Shown: positions 1 through 9,576 of the stretch, piece after piece | How the letters are laid out: each line of letters opens with the position of its first letter | Position numbering within the stretch: the stretch's first letter is position 1 | Source of the DNA: Candidatus Heimdallarchaeota archaeon | GTDB lineage: Archaea > Asgardarchaeota > Heimdallarchaeia > Hodarchaeales > Hodarchaeaceae | Reading direction: 5' to 3' | DNA: 64,000 bases | Assembly (NCBI GenBank): GCA_020353515.1 | Contig: CP070695.1 | Location: 4,228,931-4,292,930, forward strand | Program-made: the position numbers and the translations under genes | Notes under the pieces: generated by a model | What the model saw: only the letters and a program-made list of their open reading frames with translations | Told to the model about the DNA's origin: nothing | The model's database searches: none

Positions 1-128
1 TCATGAATGCTGAAGAGACCTCGGAAACTGGAGAAGCTCCTGACATCGGTGGTATTCCTGGATTTGAATTTTTCTTTGCTCTGCTTGCATTAAGTTTTAT
101 CTTGATGTATCTCCGAAGAAGGAATTAG
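1..128 (+). CDS. 3' end of a surface protein with PGF-CTERM-type sorting signal (5' truncated by window edge; absent from ORF track)
   Basis: Frame from position 3 reads ...EETSETGEAPDIGGIPGFEFFFALLALSFILMYLRRRN* (TAG 126-128): PGF motif, hydrophobic helix, basic tail. Confidence 0.85.
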   Translation, partial: MNAEETSETGEAPDIGGIPGFEFFFALLALSFILMYLRRRN

Positions 129-605
129 TCCACTTCTTTTCCCTCCCTTTTTTTTTATCCTCATGTTTTTTTTTTCTTGATATTCCGTTCTTGACACAAA
201 TTTGATTGAAGTATATCTCAGACCCTCAATTGACCTAAGCTGTGTTAAGAATGAACGAACATTTTCAATTTTGTCATTTATTATCAGATTTTCTAAACAC
301 TCATCTGTATCCATATGATAATGAGTTGAAAATGTTACATTGAAGTGATGTTGAACTTCAATGAATTTTTTCATCGTTTTTTGGTCATGTTGGTCATAAA
401 CAACTGATATTATTGCTGTAATCTCTGTATTACTGTCTGAAATCTTGTCAAACATTTCTTCTGATTCAAAAAAGTTTTGGAGCGCATCTCTTATCATTTG
501 AGAAGTATTTTGATATCCAAGCTCATTTCCTTTTTTTATTAATAGGTCTTTAAACCCTGACTCGCAGGAAAATGTAACTGTTTCACGTATTTGTCTTTTA
601 TTCAT
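90..605 (-). CDS. nikR: Nickel-responsive regulator, NikR family
   Basis: N-terminal ribbon-helix-helix (GYQNTSQMIRDALQNF), C-terminal ACT-like domain with QHH/HYH/CLE ligands; last gene of a CbiM/Q/O operon. Confidence 0.85.
   Translation of the reverse strand: MNKRQIRETVTFSCESGFKDLLIKKGNELGYQNTSQMIRDALQNFFESEEMFDKISDSNTEITAIISVVYDQHDQKTMKKFIEVQHHFNVTFSTHYHMDTDECLENLIINDKIENVRSFLTQLRSIEGLRYTSIKFVSRTEYQEKKNMRIKKKGGKRSGLIPSSEIHQDKT
133..156 (+). terminator. Pyrimidine tract/U-run terminator
   Basis: CTTCTTTTCCCTCCC followed by T9 directly after the stop codon at 128. Confidence 0.5.
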
Positions 606-617
606 TACTAAACCTCT

Positions 618-1358
618 TTATACTTGGAACTCCTTAGTGTAGAATTTATCAAAAGACGAGAAATCCCCAACAGTCTTACCATTTTTCAGTAACAAAATGC
701 GATCTGCTATTTGCATTAAGTCAAGATCATGGGTAATAACAATAACAGTCCTTTTTCTCTTAAAAGAACGAATAATCTCAATCAGTCTTGGTTTAGTCCA
801 CGGATCAATACCAGCTGTAGGTTCATCTAATACAATGATCCTTGGTTGCATTGCTAAAATTCCTGCAAAAGCCACCTTCTTTTTTTCACCATATGACAGA
901 TTGAATGTGATTCTGTCTTGTAAATGGGTAATTTGGACTTCTTCTAAAGCTAAGTCAACTCTTTTTCTTATTTCCTCCCAGCTAAGTTCCATATTTCTTG
1001 GTCCAAATGATATATCATCATAAACTTTCGGAAAGAATATTTGCTCGTCAGGGTTTTCAAAAACTATTCCTATTAGTTTTTGGATTTCTCTCTTATTCTT
1101 TCTTGTCATAGGTTTTCCAAAAACGATTATTTTACCGCTTTGAGGGGTAAGTAATCCAGTGAAATGCTTCATTAAAGTGGTTTTTCCTGAACCGTTTGGA
1201 CCAGAGATTATTGTTAAGTTATTAGATGCAAAATTTATGGAAATATTCTCAAGAACTAATGGTTGTTTCTTGGAATACTTAAATGATAGATCTTTAACCT
1301 CAAGAACGGTTTCATATGATGTGTTATCAATTCCTTGGATTGTTGTTAGAGTACTCAT
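618..1358 (-). CDS. cbiO: ECF transporter ATPase (CbiO/NikO)
   Basis: GPNGSGKT, ENPDEQIF, LSYGEKKK, LDEPT, ITHD; ATG at 1358 overlaps the cbiQ stop (ATGA), so preferred over 1463. Confidence 0.9.
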   Translation of the reverse strand: MSTLTTIQGIDNTSYETVLEVKDLSFKYSKKQPLVLENISINFASNNLTIISGPNGSGKTTLMKHFTGLLTPQSGKIIVFGKPMTRKNKREIQKLIGIVFENPDEQIFFPKVYDDISFGPRNMELSWEEIRKRVDLALEEVQITHLQDRITFNLSYGEKKKVAFAGILAMQPRIIVLDEPTAGIDPWTKPRLIEIIRSFKRKRTVIVITHDLDLMQIADRILLLKNGKTVGDFSSFDKFYTKEFQV

Positions 1359-2161
1359 AATATATCCCTTAAAACCCTTATAGGAGACATTTGTCCAACA
1401 TTCATTATAATTATTAAGCTTAAAATTGTAAAAATCAAAAAAATAATTCCACCTAAACTCCATGGCTGATGAGGATGAATTAATTTACCAGAGAATCCTC
1501 GAGCAGAAAGAGTAGCAGAGACATATTGTGCTCGTTTAAATGATCGTGCCAACAGACTCCCAATAATATTACTGATTATTCTCATAGATCGTAAATTCAT
1601 TCTAAGCTTTTCACCATATAACCGATTTGATCTCGCTTCAAGAATTCTCTTCAACTCTTCTTGTATAAGAAAAAAGAATCGATAGGTAAAGAACGTTAAA
1701 CTTGTCAATAAATTGGGCATTTTAAGGTCATCAAGACCATAGATAATCTCGAAAAAGGAATCTTCGGAATTGATGAGCATTAAGACAAATAGAATCATCA
1801 ATAGACTACGTAATCCTGAAAATAATGCAAAAGAGGAACTGTCGTGAGTAGTAGAGTAGAATAAACTTCTGTAAACGATAGGTGACTGACTAAACGTAAT
1901 AAATGACATTATAGTCAATGATATAATAATGGGTAAAGCAACAAGACTTTGTTTCAAAAAAGACAATCTAGGCTGAAATATCATAAAATAAAGGAAAAAT
2001 AATAAGACAATCCAGGCAAGCTGATTAATATCAACTAATAAGGAAGAAATAATTATAACGAGAAAAGTGGCAATTATTTTACTCCGTAGATCAAGTTTTT
2101 GAGAATTCATAAGATGGTTTGAAGAGTAACGAATTTTGGAATGTGATTGTGGCAAAGTCAA
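1355..2161 (-). CDS. cbiQ: ECF transporter T component (CbiQ/NikQ)
   Basis: Multi-TM protein, DLRSKI start, YRFFFLIQEE, ARSNR and SARGF coupling motifs. Confidence 0.88.
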   Translation of the reverse strand: MTLPQSHSKIRYSSNHLMNSQKLDLRSKIIATFLVIIISSLLVDINQLAWIVLLFFLYFMIFQPRLSFLKQSLVALPIIISLTIMSFITFSQSPIVYRSLFYSTTHDSSSFALFSGLRSLLMILFVLMLINSEDSFFEIIYGLDDLKMPNLLTSLTFFTYRFFFLIQEELKRILEARSNRLYGEKLRMNLRSMRIISNIIGSLLARSFKRAQYVSATLSARGFSGKLIHPHQPWSLGGIIFLIFTILSLIIIMNVGQMSPIRVLRDIL

Positions 2162-2193
2162 CCTCTCTACGATGAAAATATGTATCTAAAAGG

Positions 2194-2520
2194 TTAGGTA
2201 TTCTCCGAAGTAATTTTTCTAATTCTACGTTGTTTAACGATATAAAATAATGCAAAGAAAAGGATTACGATAATGAAAACTCCGATTAAACCAGAGATGA
2301 AGGTCGAGAGTGCCTCATTATTGAATACTTGATGAATAATTGAACCATAAGCTCCATAGTCAGTTAAAAAACCAAAATCGAAAGAAGATCCTTCAGAAGC
2401 ATTATTTTGTTCTGCAGCACTTTCAAGGCCATCAGGATTAGGATCTGCAAATGGAGTTAAAAGCAATAATACAAAAAAGATTGAAATAACTCCAATGGCT
2501 GATTTATATTTAATCTCCAC
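2194..2520 (-). CDS. PDGLE-domain Ni/Co transport accessory protein (NikN-like)
   Basis: Two TM helices flanking PFADPNPDGLE. Confidence 0.85.
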   Translation of the reverse strand: MEIKYKSAIGVISIFFVLLLLTPFADPNPDGLESAAEQNNASEGSSFDFGFLTDYGAYGSIIHQVFNNEALSTFISGLIGVFIIVILFFALFYIVKQRRIRKITSENT

Positions 2521-3211
2521 TTCTGTACCTCCTAACTCTAGGGATTTGGATCGAAGGACTTTCTAATTCAAGAAATACATTCAAGTCAATAGAATGGAAA
2601 TAAAAAATAATCAAACATGTTATCATACCCTCACCGAGACCAATCAAAATATGATAGAAAACGATTGTCGGTAATGCTATAATCAGTGGAATTGCTGCTG
2701 GACTGTTTATAATCGGGGTACCAATCTCTAATGCAGCAAAAAAAGAGGCTGTCACAACAGATAGAAAAGCTCCACAGAATATTCCACCATAATATCTGAG
2801 TTTAGCCTTTTCAGGATCCGTATTCTTAACAAATATAATTATTATAATATATCCTACAAAAACTCCAATAATACCCATATTAAAAATGTTGGGTCCTAAT
2901 GCTAAAACACCACCATCAGCAAAAAGGAGTGCCTGAATTATAAGGATAACAGTTATTATTAAAATAGCAGCCCATGGACCTACAATTGCTGCAGCTAGAA
3001 CTCCACCTAGTAGATGACCAGAGGTTCCTCCAATGATTGGGAAATTTAACATTTGAGCTGCAAAAATCGTACCCCCAAGCACGGCCATATAAGCAATTCT
3101 TGTTTCATCAACATCTCGTAGCTTCCGAATTGCGACTGCTATCGCAGCTATTGTAATAATCCAAGTAACAATAATGAAAGCAGGATCAACCCAACCGTCA
3201 GGAATATGCAT
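2510..3211 (-). CDS. cbiM: ECF Ni/Co S component (CbiM/NikM)
   Basis: N-terminal MHIPDG metal-binding motif, GTSGHLLGG, ADGGVLALGPN. Confidence 0.93.
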   Translation of the reverse strand: MHIPDGWVDPAFIIVTWIITIAAIAVAIRKLRDVDETRIAYMAVLGGTIFAAQMLNFPIIGGTSGHLLGGVLAAAIVGPWAAILIITVILIIQALLFADGGVLALGPNIFNMGIIGVFVGYIIIIIFVKNTDPEKAKLRYYGGIFCGAFLSVVTASFFAALEIGTPIINSPAAIPLIIALPTIVFYHILIGLGEGMITCLIIFYFHSIDLNVFLELESPSIQIPRVRRYRSGD

Positions 3212-3298
3212 TTATTTAACACCTGAAATATTTCAATTATTTAGAAAGAATAAAAAAGGAATTTTCTACAAAAAAACTACTAACTCCTAGAGTATATA

Positions 3299-3329
3299 TG
3301 TCTTACAGGAAGATCATTATTGTAACACA
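3299..3329. promoter_or_regulatory. Candidate NikR operator
   Basis: Imperfect inverted repeat TGTCTTACA-N13-TGTAACACA (8/9 match) immediately upstream, on the minus strand, of TATATA (3293-3298) in front of cbiM. Confidence 0.5.
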
Positions 3330-3534
3330 ATTAAAATAAACTAATAAAGATGGACTTTTGTTTTAATAGTATCAATTGATTTCACATCAATCCTCTTGGG
3401 ATTAAGTGTATTAATCACATTCAGGAGTATAACTCAGAGGAAAAGAAGAAAAAAGATAACTACAAAATGATCTAAGAACATTAAAAGCTAAAGCCTACTA
3501 GTTCTAATTAAAAACAACAATTATTCAATTCGTC

Positions 3535-4818
3535 TTGAAGGATATGAAAGTGAAATCTACTTTTACAACCACTGAAAAATATGCCAAAAACCTAGATTTG
3601 GAAGATCCGTTAGCAAAATTTCGTTCACGATTTTTTATTCCGAAAGATACAATTTACCTTGATGGAAATTCACTAGGCTTATTCCCAAGAGATGCAGAGA
3701 AATGTATTCTCAGAGTAATGAAGGAATGGAAAACATTAGGAATTCAAGGCTGGTTTGAGAGTGAACGACCATGGTGGTACTATGGTGAAAATTTAGGAGC
3801 AATAGCAGCCCCTTTGGTGGGAGCTGAACCAAATGAAGTCGTTGCTACTGGTACAACAACTATTAATCTCCACTCGCTTGTAAGTACGTTCTATCACCCC
3901 AAGGGGAAGAAAACAAAAATACTTGCTGATGAATTAGATTTCCCTACAGACATTTATGCCCTAAAAAGTCAGTTAAAGCTAAAAGGATTGAATCCAGAAG
4001 AACATTTAGTACTTGCACCATCCAACGGCCGATTTTTTGATGAGAAAAAAATCGTCGAACTTATGACTGAGGAGATCGCCCTAGTTATGCTTCCATCAGC
4101 TCTTTATCGCAGTGGTCAATTATTAGATATGGCTTATTTGACAAAAGAAGCACACACACGAGATATTCCTATTGGTTTTGATTGTTGCCATTCAGTAGGA
4201 GCTGTCCCTCACTACTTTGATGATTGGGGTGTCGATTTTGCAGTCTGGTGTAGTTACAAATACCTAAATTCTGGTCCTGGTGGTACAGCTTTTCTCTATA
4301 TCAATAAAAAACACTTCAACAAGGATCCAGGGCTTACTGGATGGTTTGGTTATGTGAAAGAGAAACAATTTGAAATGCTCCTCGACTTTGAACATGCCAA
4401 ATCAGCAGGAGGGTGGCAAATGTCTAGTTCCAACATACTATGTTCCGCACCAATTGAGGGGGCATTGGATGTAATGTTAGAGGCAGGAATAGAAAGAATC
4501 AGAGAAAAATCGATTAAGCTCACAGAATACTTAATTCATTTGACAGATCATCTGCTTGCAGAAAGTCCCTACAATTTCGAGGTAGGTACACCTCGAGACC
4601 CTGATCGAAGAACTGGACATATTGCTCTTGAACATGACGAAGCGTTTCGAATTTCTGAAGCTTTAAAAGCTAGAGGTGTAGTAACTGACTATCGTCCTCC
4701 TAATATCGTAAGAGTAGCTCCTGTTGCTTTATATAACACATATCATGAAGTCTGGAAAATTGTACAGATTCTCCAAGAAATAATAGACAACCGTGAATAT
4801 GAAAATATCTTTAAATAA
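3535..4818 (+). CDS. kynU: Kynureninase
   Basis: YLDGNSLG, DFPTD, GFDCCHSVG, WCSYKYLNSGPG (PLP lysine), GWFG, DYRPP; start may be ATG 3544. Confidence 0.93.
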   Translation: MKDMKVKSTFTTTEKYAKNLDLEDPLAKFRSRFFIPKDTIYLDGNSLGLFPRDAEKCILRVMKEWKTLGIQGWFESERPWWYYGENLGAIAAPLVGAEPNEVVATGTTTINLHSLVSTFYHPKGKKTKILADELDFPTDIYALKSQLKLKGLNPEEHLVLAPSNGRFFDEKKIVELMTEEIALVMLPSALYRSGQLLDMAYLTKEAHTRDIPIGFDCCHSVGAVPHYFDDWGVDFAVWCSYKYLNSGPGGTAFLYINKKHFNKDPGLTGWFGYVKEKQFEMLLDFEHAKSAGGWQMSSSNILCSAPIEGALDVMLEAGIERIREKSIKLTEYLIHLTDHLLAESPYNFEVGTPRDPDRRTGHIALEHDEAFRISEALKARGVVTDYRPPNIVRVAPVALYNTYHEVWKIVQILQEIIDNREYENIFK

Positions 4819-4842
4819 CCAAATAATTTTGGTGGTGGGATA

Positions 4843-5454
4843 ATGAACAATCTACTTTCACGAAAATTGCCATTTCGAATAATCTGGGAGGCTTCTACCC
4901 CAGGAGAAGTTGAATATCGAAATCTGATCCTGCGAAAAGGGCGAATGGAAACTAATCTGCATATCGCCCTTAAAGTATTAGCTTATTGTTATTTTTGGGA
5001 CAGGAATCTGACTATTGAGCCCCTCTTTCGACTTAACCGCTACAAACCTGACTTAATTGCTTGGAGAAAATCTGAGATCCCTACAAAAGAAAAACTGATT
5101 CCAGATTTATGGATTGAATGTAAAAACGTAAAACTCAAGAAATTAAGTAAATTAAGTCGCCTTCTTCCTTTTAGTGAAATTATATGGGTTAATTCAAAAC
5201 AATTACTGACTCGAACCATTAAAAGCATCCAATCCAAAAAACAAAGAGAAATATTGGCTTCTAATGTTCAGCTGATAGGAATAGAAACTTCAAAGCAAAG
5301 TTGGGAGTCTCTTGAGGATAGTATCAATGTAAAAAAGCCAGAATGGAAGATAAATAGACATTCGAATACCTCGATGGTGATAAATTTGAGAACGAGAAAT
5401 CTTGATCCAGTCACGGTAGAATTTCATGTCCTTTCTACCACTATCAAAACATAA
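4843..5454 (+). CDS. YaeQ-like PD-(D/E)XK fold protein
   Basis: LKVLAY...YKPDL...DLWIECK pattern. Confidence 0.55.
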   Translation: MNNLLSRKLPFRIIWEASTPGEVEYRNLILRKGRMETNLHIALKVLAYCYFWDRNLTIEPLFRLNRYKPDLIAWRKSEIPTKEKLIPDLWIECKNVKLKKLSKLSRLLPFSEIIWVNSKQLLTRTIKSIQSKKQREILASNVQLIGIETSKQSWESLEDSINVKKPEWKINRHSNTSMVINLRTRNLDPVTVEFHVLSTTIKT

Positions 5455-5487
5455 ATTTAGTGAATAAAACTTGGGAAAGATGATTTT

Positions 5488-6372
5488 ATGTCATCAATCC
5501 ACATTCGGTCTTTAAATAAAACAGATGCTGATTTTCTAACGTATCTTGATTCCCAAGTTAAATGGGGTTTTAGTCAAAAAATTACAGAGATATTTCTAGA
5601 ATACAGTGATTCTGCATATCTTGCAGAAGATTCTGTTACTCAACAACCCTTAGGGATAGTTTTGACCTATTATTATCCACCTTCCACAGGATGGATAGGA
5701 TTTCTAATCGTAGATGAACAGTATCAAAATAGGGGGATTGGTAGAATTTTATTCTTAAAAGCTGTAAATCAGCTATTGGAGATTGGGTGTAAGGAGATTC
5801 TTTTAGATGCCGTTCCAGACGTGGTTAATTTCTATGAGAAGTTTCATTTTTATAGATTAGAGCACTCTTTCAGGCTTAAAATACCAAAACATACCCTTCT
5901 GAGATCATTAACATCATCTCCACAGAGTATTCAATTAGAAAGTGACCACCTTCAAAAGGTCGGAGACTTTGATTCCCAGATTTTTGGAGCAGAAAGGAAT
6001 AAAATATTCCAAATCATGTTGAAAAATCCCAAAAGTGATGGAGCAGTTTTTATCCGCCAAAAAAAGGTTGAAGGTTATGGATTCATACGTTATTCTAAAA
6101 ATTCCTTTTCGATTGGCCCATTAATAGCAAATGATTCCACTCTAGCCCTTGATTTAATAAGCAGGTTAATTGAGATAGGGATACACCACTGTAAGGAATG
6201 TGAATGGATCCTCGTGGGAGTTACAGAGACATCAAATATTCCATTACAGTTCTTTCATCACTTGGGTTTTAAAGAATATAACTACTCTTTAAGGATGCGT
6301 TATGGAACAAATCAAAGAGAAATAAGTATTTCAAACTTAATATACTGCATTACTTCCCCCGCGATGGGTTAA
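5488..6372 (+). CDS. Tandem GNAT acetyltransferase (YitH-like)
   Basis: VDEQYQNRGIGR acetyl-CoA motif, FYEKFHF; second domain with FGAER and IGPLIA. Confidence 0.8.
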   Translation: MSSIHIRSLNKTDADFLTYLDSQVKWGFSQKITEIFLEYSDSAYLAEDSVTQQPLGIVLTYYYPPSTGWIGFLIVDEQYQNRGIGRILFLKAVNQLLEIGCKEILLDAVPDVVNFYEKFHFYRLEHSFRLKIPKHTLLRSLTSSPQSIQLESDHLQKVGDFDSQIFGAERNKIFQIMLKNPKSDGAVFIRQKKVEGYGFIRYSKNSFSIGPLIANDSTLALDLISRLIEIGIHHCKECEWILVGVTETSNIPLQFFHHLGFKEYNYSLRMRYGTNQREISISNLIYCITSPAMG

Positions 6373-6399
6373 CTATTCAATTTGTAAGGAGAAAAACAG

Positions 6400-6897
6400 A
6401 TGAAAAAACAGCAAGCCATTCAATTCCTAAAAGAGAACCATAGAAAATTGGAAAATATAATTAATAGATTAAAAGAGAACCAAATTACGAAAGATATTAT
6501 TTCAGGTAAGTGGACATCGAAAGATATCATCGCTCATATTTCTGCTTGGAATTCAGAACTTAAAAAAGCCATTGATAACCTCTTAAACTATGAAAAACCA
6601 TGGTTTATCAATGAAGAAGAGCTAACCGAAGCTGAATTTAATGAAAAAGAAACTCAAAAACGAAAAAATTGGACTGTAGAACAAATTTTGAGAGAGTGGC
6701 AAAGTTCATTTGAAGAATTAATACAAAGGATAGAGGATCTTTCAAACTCTGAATGGGAATACCAAACACAGTTTGAATGGACTAAAGATATGCCTGTCAC
6801 TGTAAACTCACTATTTGAATATACATACAAAGGTGAGGGACACGAAGGTGGTCATGCGAAACAAATTGAGGAGTACTACAGGAAAACAACCAAATAA
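6400..6897 (+). CDS. DinB/ClbS-DfsB family four-helix-bundle protein
   Basis: WTSKDIIAHISAW and C-terminal HEGGH. Confidence 0.75.
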   Translation: MKKQQAIQFLKENHRKLENIINRLKENQITKDIISGKWTSKDIIAHISAWNSELKKAIDNLLNYEKPWFINEEELTEAEFNEKETQKRKNWTVEQILREWQSSFEELIQRIEDLSNSEWEYQTQFEWTKDMPVTVNSLFEYTYKGEGHEGGHAKQIEEYYRKTTK

Positions 6898-6931
6898 TAT
6901 TGATAAAGGTTGATGTCGTCGAAGTAAGGTT

Positions 6932-7639
6932 TTAATCCAATTTTCCATATTTCCCTTGAAGGGGAACATACAATACTTTTTCGATTGATTTTAGTGTGAG
7001 ACTGCCATCATCTTTCTTTTCTAGCAAAATCAAGTTTTGAGAATTTCCCAGTACTTGACGGGGCGTTATTAACTTCCCTCCTTCTTTAAGTTGGTTGATT
7101 AAGGGTGGTGGAATTTCAACACAAGCGGCAGTTAAACATATTTTATCATATGGAGCATTAGGAGGATATCCGATTCCTCCATCTCCTTCGACCAAATATA
7201 AATTGGGATAATTAAACTGAGCAACACAGTTTCTAGCGTATGAAATTGTATCGTGATCTATTTCAATTGATGTAACCTGCCCCTGTATTCCCACTATCTC
7301 GGCAGCTAAGACTGCTCCATAACCTGAACCTGTACCGACTTCTAACAGATTATCTCCTGGAGATAACTTAATTGCTTCATAAAACATTGGATATGAATGA
7401 GGACATGAGATTGTCGATTTCTTTCCGGGAAGAGGAAAGGGGAGTTCTTCATAGGTATGGTCTCGATAGTTAAAGGGGACAAACACCTCTCGAGGGATTT
7501 TAAGCATTGCTTTCTCAATATTTATGGATCTAAGAAACCCAGTTTGCTTTAATGATGAAATTTTTCTTAGTCTTTCCTTTACAAAGGTTTTTTTCGTTTT
7601 TCTCGATGGTTTTGGCGGAGGGATGATCCACCCAAACAT
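6932..7639 (-). CDS. pcm: Protein-L-isoaspartate O-methyltransferase
   Basis: PREVFVP, TISCPH, LEVGTGSGY, GDGGIGYPPNAPYD, QLKEGGKL. Confidence 0.92.
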   Translation of the reverse strand: MFGWIIPPPKPSRKTKKTFVKERLRKISSLKQTGFLRSINIEKAMLKIPREVFVPFNYRDHTYEELPFPLPGKKSTISCPHSYPMFYEAIKLSPGDNLLEVGTGSGYGAVLAAEIVGIQGQVTSIEIDHDTISYARNCVAQFNYPNLYLVEGDGGIGYPPNAPYDKICLTAACVEIPPPLINQLKEGGKLITPRQVLGNSQNLILLEKKDDGSLTLKSIEKVLYVPLQGKYGKLD

Positions 7640-7792
7640 GTTACTTCATCCTTGTCGAGTTACTCAAAGAATAGATCATTGATGATGATTCACGTATGGT
7701 TGTTATATTAGTACATAGTCTTTTAACACTTTTATTCGGACTTGTTTGAACTTGTATATTTCACAATTACTTAATTCTAGGAGAATATATTC

Positions 7793-8665
7793 TTGACTTT
7801 ACACTTTGGGATAAGACCCTTTGAGTTTCAAGACTTCATTGGCATGATAGGAGAGAAAGGAAAATTAGATATATCGAGTGTCAGCTATGTAGATGTTGTA
7901 AAGGACAGTTTACAAAACAAGTTTGATCATTTTGAGGTAACTGGAGATTTAGCATATGTTTTACCTGGATTACTAAGCAAAGACGTCATCAATCAACTAA
8001 CTGAATTCAAAAATCGCAATAAACTTTCCTGTTCAGTACACCTACCCCTCTGGGCTATCGAATTATCCTCACCAAATAACCACATAAAGAATGCGTCAAT
8101 TAAATGCCTTGTGGATACAATCGAGCAAACTAGAGAGTTAGATCCAATCTGCTGGGTCATACACGCCACTGGAGCGTTGATTTCGGAGTTTTCTAGGCTA
8201 CAATTACCACATTATGCTAAGTCTTTTATGACTGGAATGTTTGCATCAACTGCCCAAAAAAGCCTTGAACAAATCATTGACCAAACCAACATTTCTCCTC
8301 GTAAACTTGCAGTTGAAAACGTTGAATTTCCTTTTAGAGAAATGGAAGAGTGTATTGAAGCTCTAGATTTAAGTGTGTGCTTTGATACTGGTCATCTCCT
8401 AGCAGGTTATTCTGGTGAATGGGAAGGTGGTGTTATAGATTTTTTTGATACTTACCATGATCGGATTGTGGAACTTCATCTTCATGATGGAAAAATCCCC
8501 AGAATCGATCATATACCTCTTGGTGAAGGAGATCTTCCTGTACAAGAAACGATTGAAACATTATTAGAAGTTAATTTTGCTGGGCCTATCGTTTTTGAAT
8601 TAGATTTAGATGAGGTAGAAAAATCAATGATGTACATCAAAGAGAATGTACCTGGAGCTCTCTAA
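7793..8665 (+). CDS. AP-endonuclease-2/xylose-isomerase-like TIM barrel, possibly cobamide-remodelling phosphodiesterase CbiR
   Basis: SVHLP, HATG, AVENV, CFDTGH, LHLHDG, DHIPLGEG, VFE metal ligands. Confidence 0.7.
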   Translation: MTLHFGIRPFEFQDFIGMIGEKGKLDISSVSYVDVVKDSLQNKFDHFEVTGDLAYVLPGLLSKDVINQLTEFKNRNKLSCSVHLPLWAIELSSPNNHIKNASIKCLVDTIEQTRELDPICWVIHATGALISEFSRLQLPHYAKSFMTGMFASTAQKSLEQIIDQTNISPRKLAVENVEFPFREMEECIEALDLSVCFDTGHLLAGYSGEWEGGVIDFFDTYHDRIVELHLHDGKIPRIDHIPLGEGDLPVQETIETLLEVNFAGPIVFELDLDEVEKSMMYIKENVPGAL

Positions 8666-8672
8666 AGGAATA

Positions 8673-9191
8673 TTAATTCTTCCTGAGCATCTCTCTTAAT
8701 TGAATTAAAGCCTCTTTTATCATTTGAAAAGATCTTTCATACGGTGGATCAAAATAGGGATCAGGTACATTATTAGAGATTCCTAAAGTGAATTCAAGTA
8801 ATAGAAAAGTGTTTTTATTAGGTATTTTTCGAATGTGAGTTTTTTCCATTACTAAAACAAGGTCTGCTTCTTGAAACATATCAGGATGATCGGAAAAATA
8901 TCGTGGTGTGAATTCAGCAATTTTCTTTTGAGGTACACCCTCCTTTACTAACATATCACGAGCTTCCATAGATATTGAGTAGTTACGATATGTTACTCCT
9001 CCTGATTCTACTCGAATTTTCTTCTTTAACTCCTTATCTTCTTTAATGAGGTGTTCGAAAAGCAGGTGAGCATATGGGCTGCGAATGATATTCCCAGAAC
9101 ATATAAAGACAATTCTAAAGTGATCTGATTCACTATATTTTTGAAGAATGTATTGTTTTTGTTCCTCTAGTCGAAGATTCAAAAAAATCAC
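8673..9191 (-). CDS. Low-molecular-weight protein tyrosine/arginine phosphatase family
   Basis: P-loop CSGNIIRS (CX5R), ADLVLVM, VPDPYF. Confidence 0.85.
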   Translation of the reverse strand: MIFLNLRLEEQKQYILQKYSESDHFRIVFICSGNIIRSPYAHLLFEHLIKEDKELKKKIRVESGGVTYRNYSISMEARDMLVKEGVPQKKIAEFTPRYFSDHPDMFQEADLVLVMEKTHIRKIPNKNTFLLLEFTLGISNNVPDPYFDPPYERSFQMIKEALIQLREMLRKN

Positions 9192-9317
9192 TAAAAAAAG
9201 CTGAATTAAAACCCTATTTTAATTCGCTTGGTTTAATTACCGAATCTATCTAGATAATATTATAAAATAGCAAAGATATAGTATACTTGACGTTTTGTTC
9301 CCCAAGAGGATCATTTC

Positions 9318-9452
9318 ATGAATGAGATCTCTAGTAATAAAAATGATTTAAATGGTGAAAAAGTAACCAAGAGACCTCATTGTAAGTATTGTGGTTTTGA
9401 ATTAACGTATATCGTAAAGTACTGTCCGAGGTGTGGAGAAGAGCTACACTAG
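9318..9452 (+). CDS. 44-aa zinc-ribbon microprotein (absent from ORF track)
   Basis: MNEISSNKNDLNGEKVTKRPHCKYCGFELTYIVKYCPRCGEELH*; CxxCG-x9-CPxCG; GAGGA upstream. Confidence 0.7.
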   Translation: MNEISSNKNDLNGEKVTKRPHCKYCGFELTYIVKYCPRCGEELH

Positions 9453-9576
9453 AATTATTACCAAAAATTCTACTCAATAAGTTTCCAGAAAAGGGAACCA
9501 AATCCCGATAGTTCTTAATTTTGGCTCAATATAAAGAAAAATAAGATAAAGTGAAGTTCACTTTCATTGAATAATT

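Noticed and set aside
1359-1463. N-terminal extension of cbiO in the ORF track
   Set aside because: Overlaps cbiQ; the internal ATG at 1358 gives the canonical ATGA coupling
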